DNA of 64,000 bases, from IMG/VR virus record IMGVR_UViG_3300044991_001618, positions 48,964 to 112,963 of that record; one strand, written 5' to 3'. The stretch's first letter is position 1, and each line of letters starts with the position of its first letter. Both the position numbers and the translations under genes were made by a program. Under the pieces are notes generated by a model. That model worked only from the letters and a program-made list of their open reading frames with translations. It searched no databases and was not told where the DNA came from. Positions 29,316 to 37,937 of the stretch are shown one piece after another. This stretch comes from a virus.

Positions 29316-30590
29316 ATGTTTAGTATAATAAACCATATAATAGCTGAAAAAGGATATTACATTAATTTGGATAACTCAATAGATAGGAGAGTTAGGGTTG
29401 AGGAACAAATTGAGAAATATAATATTAATGGATTAGAAAGATTCCCAGCATTGACTGATTCTTGGCATCAATACTCTTGCACCAAATCTCATTTGGCAAT
29501 ATTACAGAAATGTTTTGATGAAAATATTGAAACAGTAATGATTTTTGAAGATGATTTTCAGATATATGATGAATGTAAATTTGCTCACAATACACTTAAT
29601 TTAAATGATTGTTTAACTAGTGTTGTTAATGATTTAAATTTGGTTGATTGGGATGTTATATTGTTTGGCTGCAACCCAAGAACTTATTTAATACCTATAA
29701 CAAATAATTTGGCAATTAACTCTAAAAGTACAGGTGCTTGGGCTTATCTCATTAAAAAGAAGGCATATAAATACATTTTAGATAATTTAAATTATGGACG
29801 TGATTTATTGGCTATAGATGATTTTTTACCACTATTGAATCAAAGAGGATTCACATCTTTGACCACCATACCATTAACCATTCATCATGGTGTTAATTTA
29901 GTATCAACATTACAACCAAGAGAACCTGTCAACTATAATGTTATGATAGAGGGAAATTATTATAATTATATTTATAATTATGTTACAGATAAAAGTCTTA
30001 CATATGATACTTATCAAATTGAACAAGAAATAACAGTTGTGATAACAGGTAAATTTATCAATGACTTCATATCACATTTAAGATATTCATTAATGTCAAT
30101 TCCCCCAACCATAGAGAAATGCAGATTTCTAATTATATATGACATATTGGATTATTCAGCATCTCACAATAGCATTATTCAAGTATATGATTATTTCAAA
30201 AATAGAAACAAATCAATAAATTGTGATATTAGATTTTCTACTGAAAACAATAGAAATAATTTACTATTAGAGTTAATTAAAACAAAATATTTTATTCATT
30301 TAGAACATGGCTGGGTATTCTTGAATAATGATATCAACTTTAAAGAAATGATAAATAATCTAAACAATAATGAAAGCATTAATGGATTTTGGTTTAATCA
30401 TGGCCAAGATGAGGCAAATAATACCCCAACCATATTTAGAACATCAACATATACCAATAATTACAATTTGCAAATGTATGATGAAAATATAATGGTTACA
30501 CATATAAATCACCAAGAATTAGAAAACCCAATTCTTAAAAATATTGCAAATGAATTTATTAAAAATAATCCTTTAAAAACATATGATTAA
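29316..30590 (+). CDS. GT25-like glycosyltransferase with additional C-terminal GT-A-like domain
   Basis: YYINLD.S.DRR, C.KSH, MIFEDD, AYLI, AID; start placed at MFSII. Confidence 0.72.
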   Translation: MFSIINHIIAEKGYYINLDNSIDRRVRVEEQIEKYNINGLERFPALTDSWHQYSCTKSHLAILQKCFDENIETVMIFEDDFQIYDECKFAHNTLNLNDCLTSVVNDLNLVDWDVILFGCNPRTYLIPITNNLAINSKSTGAWAYLIKKKAYKYILDNLNYGRDLLAIDDFLPLLNQRGFTSLTTIPLTIHHGVNLVSTLQPREPVNYNVMIEGNYYNYIYNYVTDKSLTYDTYQIEQEITVVITGKFINDFISHLRYSLMSIPPTIEKCRFLIIYDILDYSASHNSIIQVYDYFKNRNKSINCDIRFSTENNRNNLLLELIKTKYFIHLEHGWVFLNNDINFKEMINNLNNNESINGFWFNHGQDEANNTPTIFRTSTYTNNYNLQMYDENIMVTHINHQELENPILKNIANEFIKNNPLKTYD

Positions 30591-31249
30591 TGAAATTTTT
30601 ATTCAAATTTCCATCCAGAGGGAGGTCAAATAAATTCAAGGAAACATTGCAATTACATTTAATGCATTTGTCAAATAAAAATGAATACAAATTCATATTC
30701 ACTTTTGATGAAGATGATGATACAATGAATAATGATGATATTAAAAACTTTATAAAAACTTTAAATATTGATTTTAAAATATTTTATGGTCAAAGCAAAA
30801 ATAAAATAGAAGCAATAAATGCAAATTTAAGTGATGAGGATTATGATATTTTAATTTTAATAGCTGATGATATGATTCCACAAGTTATGGAATATGATGA
30901 GATAATAAGAAACATTATTGAAACATCAGAAAATGGTACAGATACTATTATACATTTCAATACAACTAGATGGGCAAATCTTCTTGATGTTTGGTGTATA
31001 ATGGGAAAGAAATATTATGATAGATTTAAATACATTTATAATCCTGTGTATAAGAGTATTTATGCGGATAATGAATATACTGAGGTTGCTCAAATTTTAG
31101 ATAGATACATTTTTTCTGAAATCATAGCATTCAACCATAATTGGGATTCAGATGAAACAACCTTAAAAAGTTGGGGGCATAATCAAGAAGATGAGAATAT
31201 TTATAATTCAAGAAAAAATGAAAATTTTGATTTAAAAAATGGTAAATAA
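30590..31249 (+). CDS. GT2-like glycosyltransferase; paralog of 15340-16005
   Basis: KFPSRGR, ILIADDMIP, YKS.YADNE. Confidence 0.65.
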   Translation: MKFLFKFPSRGRSNKFKETLQLHLMHLSNKNEYKFIFTFDEDDDTMNNDDIKNFIKTLNIDFKIFYGQSKNKIEAINANLSDEDYDILILIADDMIPQVMEYDEIIRNIIETSENGTDTIIHFNTTRWANLLDVWCIMGKKYYDRFKYIYNPVYKSIYADNEYTEVAQILDRYIFSEIIAFNHNWDSDETTLKSWGHNQEDENIYNSRKNENFDLKNGK

Positions 31250-31907
31250 AAAAATAATATCTTTTTCCTTGTGGGGTGATAATCCAAAATATACCTTGGG
31301 TGCAATTAAAAATGCTAAATTAGCTAGTACAATTTACTCCAATTGGATATGTAGATATTATATTGGTCTTTCAACCCCTACTGAAATTGTGGATGAATTA
31401 AAACATATGAATAACACAGAGATTGTAATTATGAATGAGCAAGGTGAGTGGAATTCTATGTTCTGGAGGTTTTTACCTATTGGTGATAATGATATTGATG
31501 TTATGTTATCAAGAGATTGTGATTCAAGATTATCAATTAGAGAAAAGTTATGTGTTGATGAATTTATAAATTCAGATAAAATGTTTCATAATATGATAGA
31601 CCACCCATTCCATAATGGAATTATGGGTGGCATGTGGGGTGCAAAAAAAGGAGTTTTAAATAATATGAAAGAATTAATTGATAATTGGCCAAAAACAAAT
31701 CAATGGCAAACAGATCAATCTTTTTTAAATACAATGGTAACGCCTATAATTGGTGATAATATTTTTATACATGATTCCATCAATAAAAGAAATTTTCCAA
31801 TAAAAAGAAAAGATTATGAATATGTTGGGGAATCATATAATGGATATGATGAAAGGTCTGAACATTGGTGTGTTTTTACTTTTGATGAATACAAACATTT
31901 GGATTAA
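31239..31907 (+). CDS. Putative GT-A glycosyltransferase; paralog of 14690-15343
   Basis: ISFSLWGDNPKYTLGAIKNA identical to the paralog; SRDCDSR, MGGMWG. Confidence 0.6.
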   Translation: MVNKKIISFSLWGDNPKYTLGAIKNAKLASTIYSNWICRYYIGLSTPTEIVDELKHMNNTEIVIMNEQGEWNSMFWRFLPIGDNDIDVMLSRDCDSRLSIREKLCVDEFINSDKMFHNMIDHPFHNGIMGGMWGAKKGVLNNMKELIDNWPKTNQWQTDQSFLNTMVTPIIGDNIFIHDSINKRNFPIKRKDYEYVGESYNGYDERSEHWCVFTFDEYKHLD

Positions 31908-31909
31908 AT

Positions 31910-33583
31910 ATGAATAAATTAACATTAGTAACTGGACTCTGGGATATAAAAAGAGATTCATTGGGTGATGGTTGGAATCGCTCATATAATCATTATTTGG
32001 ATAAATTAAAACAATTATTAAGTGTTGATAATAATTTAATTGTATTTGGTGATAATGAATTAAAGAAATTTGTTTTTCAACATAGAAGTGAGAATAATAC
32101 TTTTTTTATTGAAAGAAATTTGGATTGGTTTAAAAATAATAATTACTTTGATTTAATCCAAAAAATAAGAACAAACCCCCAATGGTATCAACAAGCTGGG
32201 TGGTTAGAAGAATCCACACAAGCAAAGTTAGAATATTATAATCCCCTAGTTATGTCCAAGATGTTCTTGTTGCATGATGCAAAGATTATGGATCCGTTTA
32301 ATTCAGAATATGTGTTTTGGATTGATGCTGGATTAACAAATACAGTTCACCCTGGATATTTCACTCATGATAAGGTTTTGGATATGTTGCCAAAATATAT
32401 ATCAAAATTTAGTTTTGTTTGTTTTCCATATGAAACAACAAGTGAAATACATGGTTTTGATTATAATAAGATGGTATCTATTGTTGGCAAACCAGTTAAC
32501 AAAGTGGCAAGAGGTGGTTTCTTTGGTGGACCCAAAAACACAATAAGTGATATTAATTCAATATATTATGGCTTATTAATGGATACATTAGGTCAGGGTT
32601 ATATGGGTACAGAGGAATCCTTATTTTCAATAATGACATATAAACATTCAGATTTAATAAATTATTTTGAGATTGATGGGAATGGTTTGTTTGGAAAGTT
32701 TTTTGAGGATTTAAAGAATGATGTATTGGAAATAAAATCAGAGAATAAAATGATAAATAGCACGCCTTTGGATACATCAAAAGTTGGCTTATATGTAATA
32801 GGGTTTAATTCCCCCAACCAATTTGAAACATTGATTAAATCTATGTTAGATTATGATGCAAATTTTATTGATAAGACGCAGAAATATTTATTGGATAATT
32901 CAACAGATTTATCAACAACCCCAAGATATATTGAGTTATGTGAGTTGTATGGATTTGAGCATATAAAGAAAGATAATCTTGGAATATGTGGTGGAAGGCA
33001 ATTCATTGCGGAGCATTTTAATGATTCTGATTTGGATGTGATGATTTTCTCTGAGGATGATATGAACTTCTATAAGAAACCAGGTGAGGTATGCAGAAAT
33101 GGATTTAATAGATATACCCCCAACTTATATAACAAGTGTTTGAATATTATTCAGAAGGAGAATTATAATTTCTTAAAGATTAATTTTAGTGAATTTTATG
33201 GGGACAATTCAACACAATGGAGTTGGTATAATGTTCCGCAAAATGTTAGGGTTGAGAATTGGCCAGATAAACCAAATCTACCTATTCAAGGATTGGATCC
33301 AAATGCACCAAGAACAAAGTTCAATAATATAAAATCAATGGAGGCTTTGCCTTATGCTGATGGTGAGATTTATTATTGCAACTGGACACATTTCATAACA
33401 AAGGCTGGAAATAAAAAAATGTTTATTGATACAAAATTTGCCCATCCTTATGAAAATACATGGATGTCATTTATGTACCAAGAAACAGTTAAGAATGTTA
33501 TTAAGCCTGGAATATTATTATTGACCCCTATTGAACATCATAGGTTTGACCATTATGCTGGTGAATTAAGAAGGGAGAATTAA
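31910..33583 (+). CDS. HtrL/YibB (WlaTC)-like glycosyltransferase fused to a second GT-A-like domain
   Basis: TLVTGLWDI, FWIDAG, GGFFGG; C-half LLDNS, FSEDD. Confidence 0.68.
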   Translation: MNKLTLVTGLWDIKRDSLGDGWNRSYNHYLDKLKQLLSVDNNLIVFGDNELKKFVFQHRSENNTFFIERNLDWFKNNNYFDLIQKIRTNPQWYQQAGWLEESTQAKLEYYNPLVMSKMFLLHDAKIMDPFNSEYVFWIDAGLTNTVHPGYFTHDKVLDMLPKYISKFSFVCFPYETTSEIHGFDYNKMVSIVGKPVNKVARGGFFGGPKNTISDINSIYYGLLMDTLGQGYMGTEESLFSIMTYKHSDLINYFEIDGNGLFGKFFEDLKNDVLEIKSENKMINSTPLDTSKVGLYVIGFNSPNQFETLIKSMLDYDANFIDKTQKYLLDNSTDLSTTPRYIELCELYGFEHIKKDNLGICGGRQFIAEHFNDSDLDVMIFSEDDMNFYKKPGEVCRNGFNRYTPNLYNKCLNIIQKENYNFLKINFSEFYGDNSTQWSWYNVPQNVRVENWPDKPNLPIQGLDPNAPRTKFNNIKSMEALPYADGEIYYCNWTHFITKAGNKKMFIDTKFAHPYENTWMSFMYQETVKNVIKPGILLLTPIEHHRFDHYAGELRREN

Positions 33584-33626
33584 TATTTAATTCAAAATAA
33601 AATATATTATTATTATAATAAAAAAT

Positions 33627-34883
33627 ATGAAAATATTTGTTCAAATTGCAAGTTATCGTGACCCTGAATTAGTTAAAACCATTGAGGATATTCTGGATAA
33701 GGCAAAGAAGCCAAAGAACCTTGTTTTTGCCATTGCAAGGCAATATGCTGATGAGGATGGATTTGATAATCTTGATAAATGGAGAAAAGATAAAAGATTT
33801 AAAATATTGGATATTCCATATAATGAATCAAAGGGTGCTTGTTGGGCAAGAAATTTACTTCAGCAATTATATAATGATGAGGAATATACCCTTCAACTTG
33901 ATTCACATATGCGTTTTAATCAAGATTGGGATGACACATTAATAAAAATAATTAAGGGCTTGCAGAAAGATGGTTATAAGAAGCCTTTATTAACTTCCTA
34001 TGCTTGTTCTTATGAACCAACAAATGACCCAGCAGGGAGGATACAAGACCCTTGGAGGATGGTTTTTGATAGGTTTGCTCCAGAAGGTAATGTCTTTTTT
34101 ATGCCAGAAACAATTGATGAATGGAAAACATTAAAGAAACCAATACCAGCAAGATTTTATTCAGCACATTATGCTTTTACCCTTGGACAATTTGCCAAGG
34201 AGGTTCAGCATAATCCAGAATATTATTTTCATGGTGAGGAGATTTCAATTGCAGTTAGAGCTTATACTTGGGGATATGATTTATTCCATCCCCATATTCC
34301 AATCATATATCATGAATATACAAGAAAGGGAAAGGTTAAACAATGGGATGATGATAAGGAATGGGTTAAACGTAATGATAGGGCACATTATCTAAATAAA
34401 AGATTGTTTGGGGTTGATGGTGTTCAACAAGAGGGTCATGATGGATTATATGGTTTTGGTCCGGTTAGAACATTAAGAGATTATGAAAAATATGCTGGTA
34501 TTCATTTTTCCAAACGTGCTGTTCAACAATGGACAATTGATAAGAAGAACCCCCCAGTTAAAGAGGAGTATAAGACAGAGGAAGAATGGGAAAATAGTTT
34601 TTCAATTATATTTCGGCATTGCATTGATGTCCAATATGATTCAGTTCCAGAAAAGGATTATGAATATTGGGTGGTTGCATTCCATGATGAGAATGATAAC
34701 ACATTATATAGAAAAGATGCAGATATTAATGAGATAAATTCAATGATGAATGATTCAGATAAGTATTGCAAAATATGGAGAGATTTCCAAACAACAAAGC
34801 AGCCAGATTATTGGGTTGTTTGGCCTTATTCAAAATCAAAAGGCTGGTGTGACAGATTGACAGGTAAATTAAATATAATATAA
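33627..34883 (+). CDS. GT60-like polypeptide GlcNAc-transferase (copy 2)
   Basis: IFVQIASYRDPE, SKGACWAR, LQLDSHMRF, FHGEEISIA. Confidence 0.82.
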   Translation: MKIFVQIASYRDPELVKTIEDILDKAKKPKNLVFAIARQYADEDGFDNLDKWRKDKRFKILDIPYNESKGACWARNLLQQLYNDEEYTLQLDSHMRFNQDWDDTLIKIIKGLQKDGYKKPLLTSYACSYEPTNDPAGRIQDPWRMVFDRFAPEGNVFFMPETIDEWKTLKKPIPARFYSAHYAFTLGQFAKEVQHNPEYYFHGEEISIAVRAYTWGYDLFHPHIPIIYHEYTRKGKVKQWDDDKEWVKRNDRAHYLNKRLFGVDGVQQEGHDGLYGFGPVRTLRDYEKYAGIHFSKRAVQQWTIDKKNPPVKEEYKTEEEWENSFSIIFRHCIDVQYDSVPEKDYEYWVVAFHDENDNTLYRKDADINEINSMMNDSDKYCKIWRDFQTTKQPDYWVVWPYSKSKGWCDRLTGKLNII

Positions 34884-34886
34884 TAT

Positions 34887-35498
34887 ATGAGAAACATTAG
34901 AACAGATAAATTACAACATGGGTTTTTAGCAGTATATGACCCATTATTTATGAGTTTGGATTCAATTTCAAACGTGTTGGAAATTGGGGTTTATAATGGT
35001 GGTAGTCTTAGATTATTACAGAGTTATTTTCCCAATACTAATATCTATGGTATGGATTTGGATACCCCAAAATATTTTAACCCCAATGATAAATTTAAAA
35101 TTCTTATTGGCAATCAAGAAAATAGAGAGGAGTTAGAAGATGCTGTTGCTGTCATTGATAATGAATTAGATTTGATTATTGATGATGGGGGTCACACTAT
35201 GAAGCAACAACAAATATCTTTTGGGTGTTTATTTAAGCATTTAAAGAAAGGGGGAATTTATATAATAGAAGATTTACATACTTCTAGGTGGGGTATAAAT
35301 TCAGACTACATAGATAAAAGTGATTTAATTACAACATTAGATTTACTTAATAATTTTAAAAACACTAGTAATATTATTTCAAATCATATGACTAACGAGG
35401 AAAAAGCTTACTTGGAGGACAATATCGAATCAATAGAAATTTGGTCAAAGAATATAGAACACAATATTAGTGTGACTTCAGTCATTAGAAAAAGGTAA
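34887..35498 (+). CDS. Class I SAM-dependent (sugar O-)methyltransferase
   Basis: VLEIGVYNGGSL, G.Q, DLIIDDGGH, GGIYIIEDL. Confidence 0.85.
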   Translation: MRNIRTDKLQHGFLAVYDPLFMSLDSISNVLEIGVYNGGSLRLLQSYFPNTNIYGMDLDTPKYFNPNDKFKILIGNQENREELEDAVAVIDNELDLIIDDGGHTMKQQQISFGCLFKHLKKGGIYIIEDLHTSRWGINSDYIDKSDLITTLDLLNNFKNTSNIISNHMTNEEKAYLEDNIESIEIWSKNIEHNISVTSVIRKR

Positions 35499-35529
35499 CA
35501 TTAATATTTATACCTAAATAATTAATTTA

Positions 35530-36240
35530 ATGATTATTAAAAAACAAATATCAAGGATAAAAGAAATTATTGAATCTTTTACTAAAAACTCATATGATTT
35601 ACCAGAAAAACCAGATGAAGTGTTATTCAATGATTTTTGGCTTTCCCAATTGGATGTAGAAGGTGATTATGTAAAGTTGTATCATTTTGGTGAGCCAGAT
35701 TTGGAATACCTAGATCCATCTCATTTTGGTAAAAATTCATATACAAGTTCAGAGAAATGGTGGGGAAAAAATAGGTTATTTTTTTACACAAATTTAAAAC
35801 AAAAAGAAAGGATTGTTTCAGGTACACTATATACTGCAACTATAGATTTAAAAGATTTGTATCCATTCAATGCTGACCCCCTAAACTTATATGACATTGC
35901 TGTTGAAATGTATTCTAATGAAAATATTCCATACCAAAGGCAAGTATTATATATGTCAAATATGCTAATAGATATGGGGTATAAGGGAATGATATATAAA
36001 TGGCACGATGAAAGTTTGTTGGCAGTAATATGGGAAAAGGTAAAAAACATAAAATCAGAGCAAGAGAAGAAAGAATATAAGTTACCAACAAGCGATATGG
36101 TTGGTTATCCAATAGAAAATGGATTAAGCACCAATCCAAGATTATCACATGAGGAAAAAATAGAGGGAGTAGTTAAGAAAATGATTCACAGTAACTACCC
36201 CCCAGATTTTATTCAAAATTACATTGACAGTTTTAAGTGA
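35530..36240 (+). CDS. Hypothetical protein, possible ADP-ribosyltransferase-like fold
   Basis: LYH, LFFYT, LY...I...LY, GYKGMIY pattern resembles ART-PolyVal. Confidence 0.4.
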   Translation: MIIKKQISRIKEIIESFTKNSYDLPEKPDEVLFNDFWLSQLDVEGDYVKLYHFGEPDLEYLDPSHFGKNSYTSSEKWWGKNRLFFYTNLKQKERIVSGTLYTATIDLKDLYPFNADPLNLYDIAVEMYSNENIPYQRQVLYMSNMLIDMGYKGMIYKWHDESLLAVIWEKVKNIKSEQEKKEYKLPTSDMVGYPIENGLSTNPRLSHEEKIEGVVKKMIHSNYPPDFIQNYIDSFK

Positions 36241-37355
36241 TATTTTAATTTATCTGCCATATCAAGTTTTTCCCAAGGCATAGTATCATTACCAAAATGA
36301 CCTTTTGCTGAATTGTAATAGATTGGGGTTTTTAAATTAAAATGTTTTATAACATCAGATGGGGTTGTTGGGAATATGTTTTTAACCACATTAATTAACA
36401 AATCATCATTAAATTTACCATATGTATTTATGCTTAGTGAGGCTGGTGTTGAAACACCAATCATATAAGCAATTTCAACACTACACTTATCAGCAACACC
36501 ACTTGCAACAATATTCTTTGCAATATACCTTGCCAAATATGCGCCAGTTCTATCCACTTTGCTTGGGTCTTTACCACTAAAAGCACCACCCCCAACTGGA
36601 CAATATGGTCCGTATTGGTCAACCACAATCTTTCTTCCTGTTACACCGCAATCAGCAACTGGTCCACCTACATTCCAAGAACCAGCAGGGTTAATGACAA
36701 TTGAGGTGTTATCATCAATCAAGGCAAAAATATCAGCATCCAAATTCATTTCATTATACCGAATCCCTTTCATAATAATTTGCCTTACATTAGATAGGGT
36801 TAAATCTTCGCTATGCATTGTTGATACCAATATGGTATGAATTCTTTTGCTATTGTCATCATACTCAATTGTTGTTTGTGTTTTAATATCAGGACCGAAT
36901 CCTATATTATTATATACATAATCAACCAACTTCTTTGATACATACATACCAATTGGCATATAGGTTTTTGTTTCGTTTGTTGCATAGCCAGTCATAAAAC
37001 CTTGGTCACCAGCACCCAAAGAATCTTCGCTATATTTTAAAACAGCACTATTTATTTCTCTACTTTGCTGTCCAATCAAATTTATGATTGTAATATTTTT
37101 GTAATAAAACCCATGACCTGGGTTAGTGTAACCAATTTCTTTTATGGTATTTTTAATAACCTCTTCATAATTGATTCTATGTGTGCTGGATATTTCACCC
37201 CCTAACACAACACAATTGTCTTTAACAAGAGTTTCAACAGCAACCTTTGCGTCTGGGTCAAGAGTAAGGTAAGCATCAAGTATTGCGTCTGAAATTTGGT
37301 CAGCAACCTTATCTGGATGCCCAATGGAAACGCTTTCAGCGGTAATTAATTTCAT
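36219..37355 (-). CDS. metK: S-adenosylmethionine synthetase
   Basis: ESVSIGHPDK, GAGDQG, TGRKIVVD.YG, GGGAFSGKDPSKVDR; start placed at MKLITAES. Confidence 0.96.
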   Translation of the reverse strand: MKLITAESVSIGHPDKVADQISDAILDAYLTLDPDAKVAVETLVKDNCVVLGGEISSTHRINYEEVIKNTIKEIGYTNPGHGFYYKNITIINLIGQQSREINSAVLKYSEDSLGAGDQGFMTGYATNETKTYMPIGMYVSKKLVDYVYNNIGFGPDIKTQTTIEYDDNSKRIHTILVSTMHSEDLTLSNVRQIIMKGIRYNEMNLDADIFALIDDNTSIVINPAGSWNVGGPVADCGVTGRKIVVDQYGPYCPVGGGAFSGKDPSKVDRTGAYLARYIAKNIVASGVADKCSVEIAYMIGVSTPASLSINTYGKFNDDLLINVVKNIFPTTPSDVIKHFNLKTPIYYNSAKGHFGNDTMPWEKLDMADKLKYHLKLSM

Positions 37356-37389
37356 ATTTATATATTTTAGAGTTAAACAATTCACTTTG

Positions 37390-37397
37390 CAAATATA
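37390..37397 (-). promoter_or_regulatory. Bacteroidota-type -7 promoter element (TATATTTG) upstream of metK
   Basis: Matches TAnnTTTG, about 35 nt upstream of the ATG. Confidence 0.55.
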
Positions 37398-37401
37398 ATA
37401 A

Positions 37402-37430
37402 GAAAAGGGGTCGATTTCAACCCCTTTCTC
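37402..37430 (-). terminator. Hairpin between doxX-like gene and metK
   Basis: GAAAAGGGGT-cgatttca-ACCCCTTTCTC. Confidence 0.55.
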
Positions 37431-37492
37431 CTAATTCTTAAATTTTTTTATAAGTTGCCAAATCTCTATTTATTTTCTTGATTTGGCAGGAT

Positions 37493-37882
37493 TTAAATCT
37501 TTGATTGTATCTTTAATAATTCTTTAACTGCATCTTTTTGACTATAACATACTGCACCAAAAATTACTGCAATAATAATAATAATTGGATTTAGTGCATC
37601 ACTTGTTGTTATATGGAATAATATAATATTTAAAATAATAGGTATAATTGCCAGAAAACCAAGAAATCTTGTTCTTTTATATAATAAAAGTAAGCTACTA
37701 AAAATTTCCACAATACCAACTAATGAACCAAGATAGGAATTAAACATTCCCACCATAAGAAGTTGTGCCCCCATATCTGTTGGTGGTGGAGGGGTCATAA
37801 AGTGTAAAAATTTATTAGCACCAAATACAATAAAAAGAAATGCTAACATAGCAATTGAAGACTTTAATAAATTCTCTTTCAT
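37493..37882 (-). CDS. DoxX-like membrane protein
   Basis: Four hydrophobic segments, FGANKF, VEI...LLL, NIILFH. Confidence 0.75.
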   Translation of the reverse strand: MKENLLKSSIAMLAFLFIVFGANKFLHFMTPPPPTDMGAQLLMVGMFNSYLGSLVGIVEIFSSLLLLYKRTRFLGFLAIIPIILNIILFHITTSDALNPIIIIIAVIFGAVCYSQKDAVKELLKIQSKI

Positions 37883-37901
37883 TTTAATTTTTTTTAAATT
37901 A

Positions 37902-37928
37902 GATTGGGGGCATTATCTACCCCCAATC
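37902..37928. terminator. Hairpin downstream of the TonB-dependent receptor gene
   Basis: GATTGGGGG-cattatcta-CCCCCAATC. Confidence 0.6.
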
Positions 37929-37937
37929 ATTATTTGT

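Noticed and set aside
1-35498. Bacterial chromosomal O-antigen/capsule locus
   Set aside because: No wzx, wzy, wzz or initiating phosphoglycosyl transferase is seen, and the genes are interleaved with phage-type phoH, dut and structural genes.
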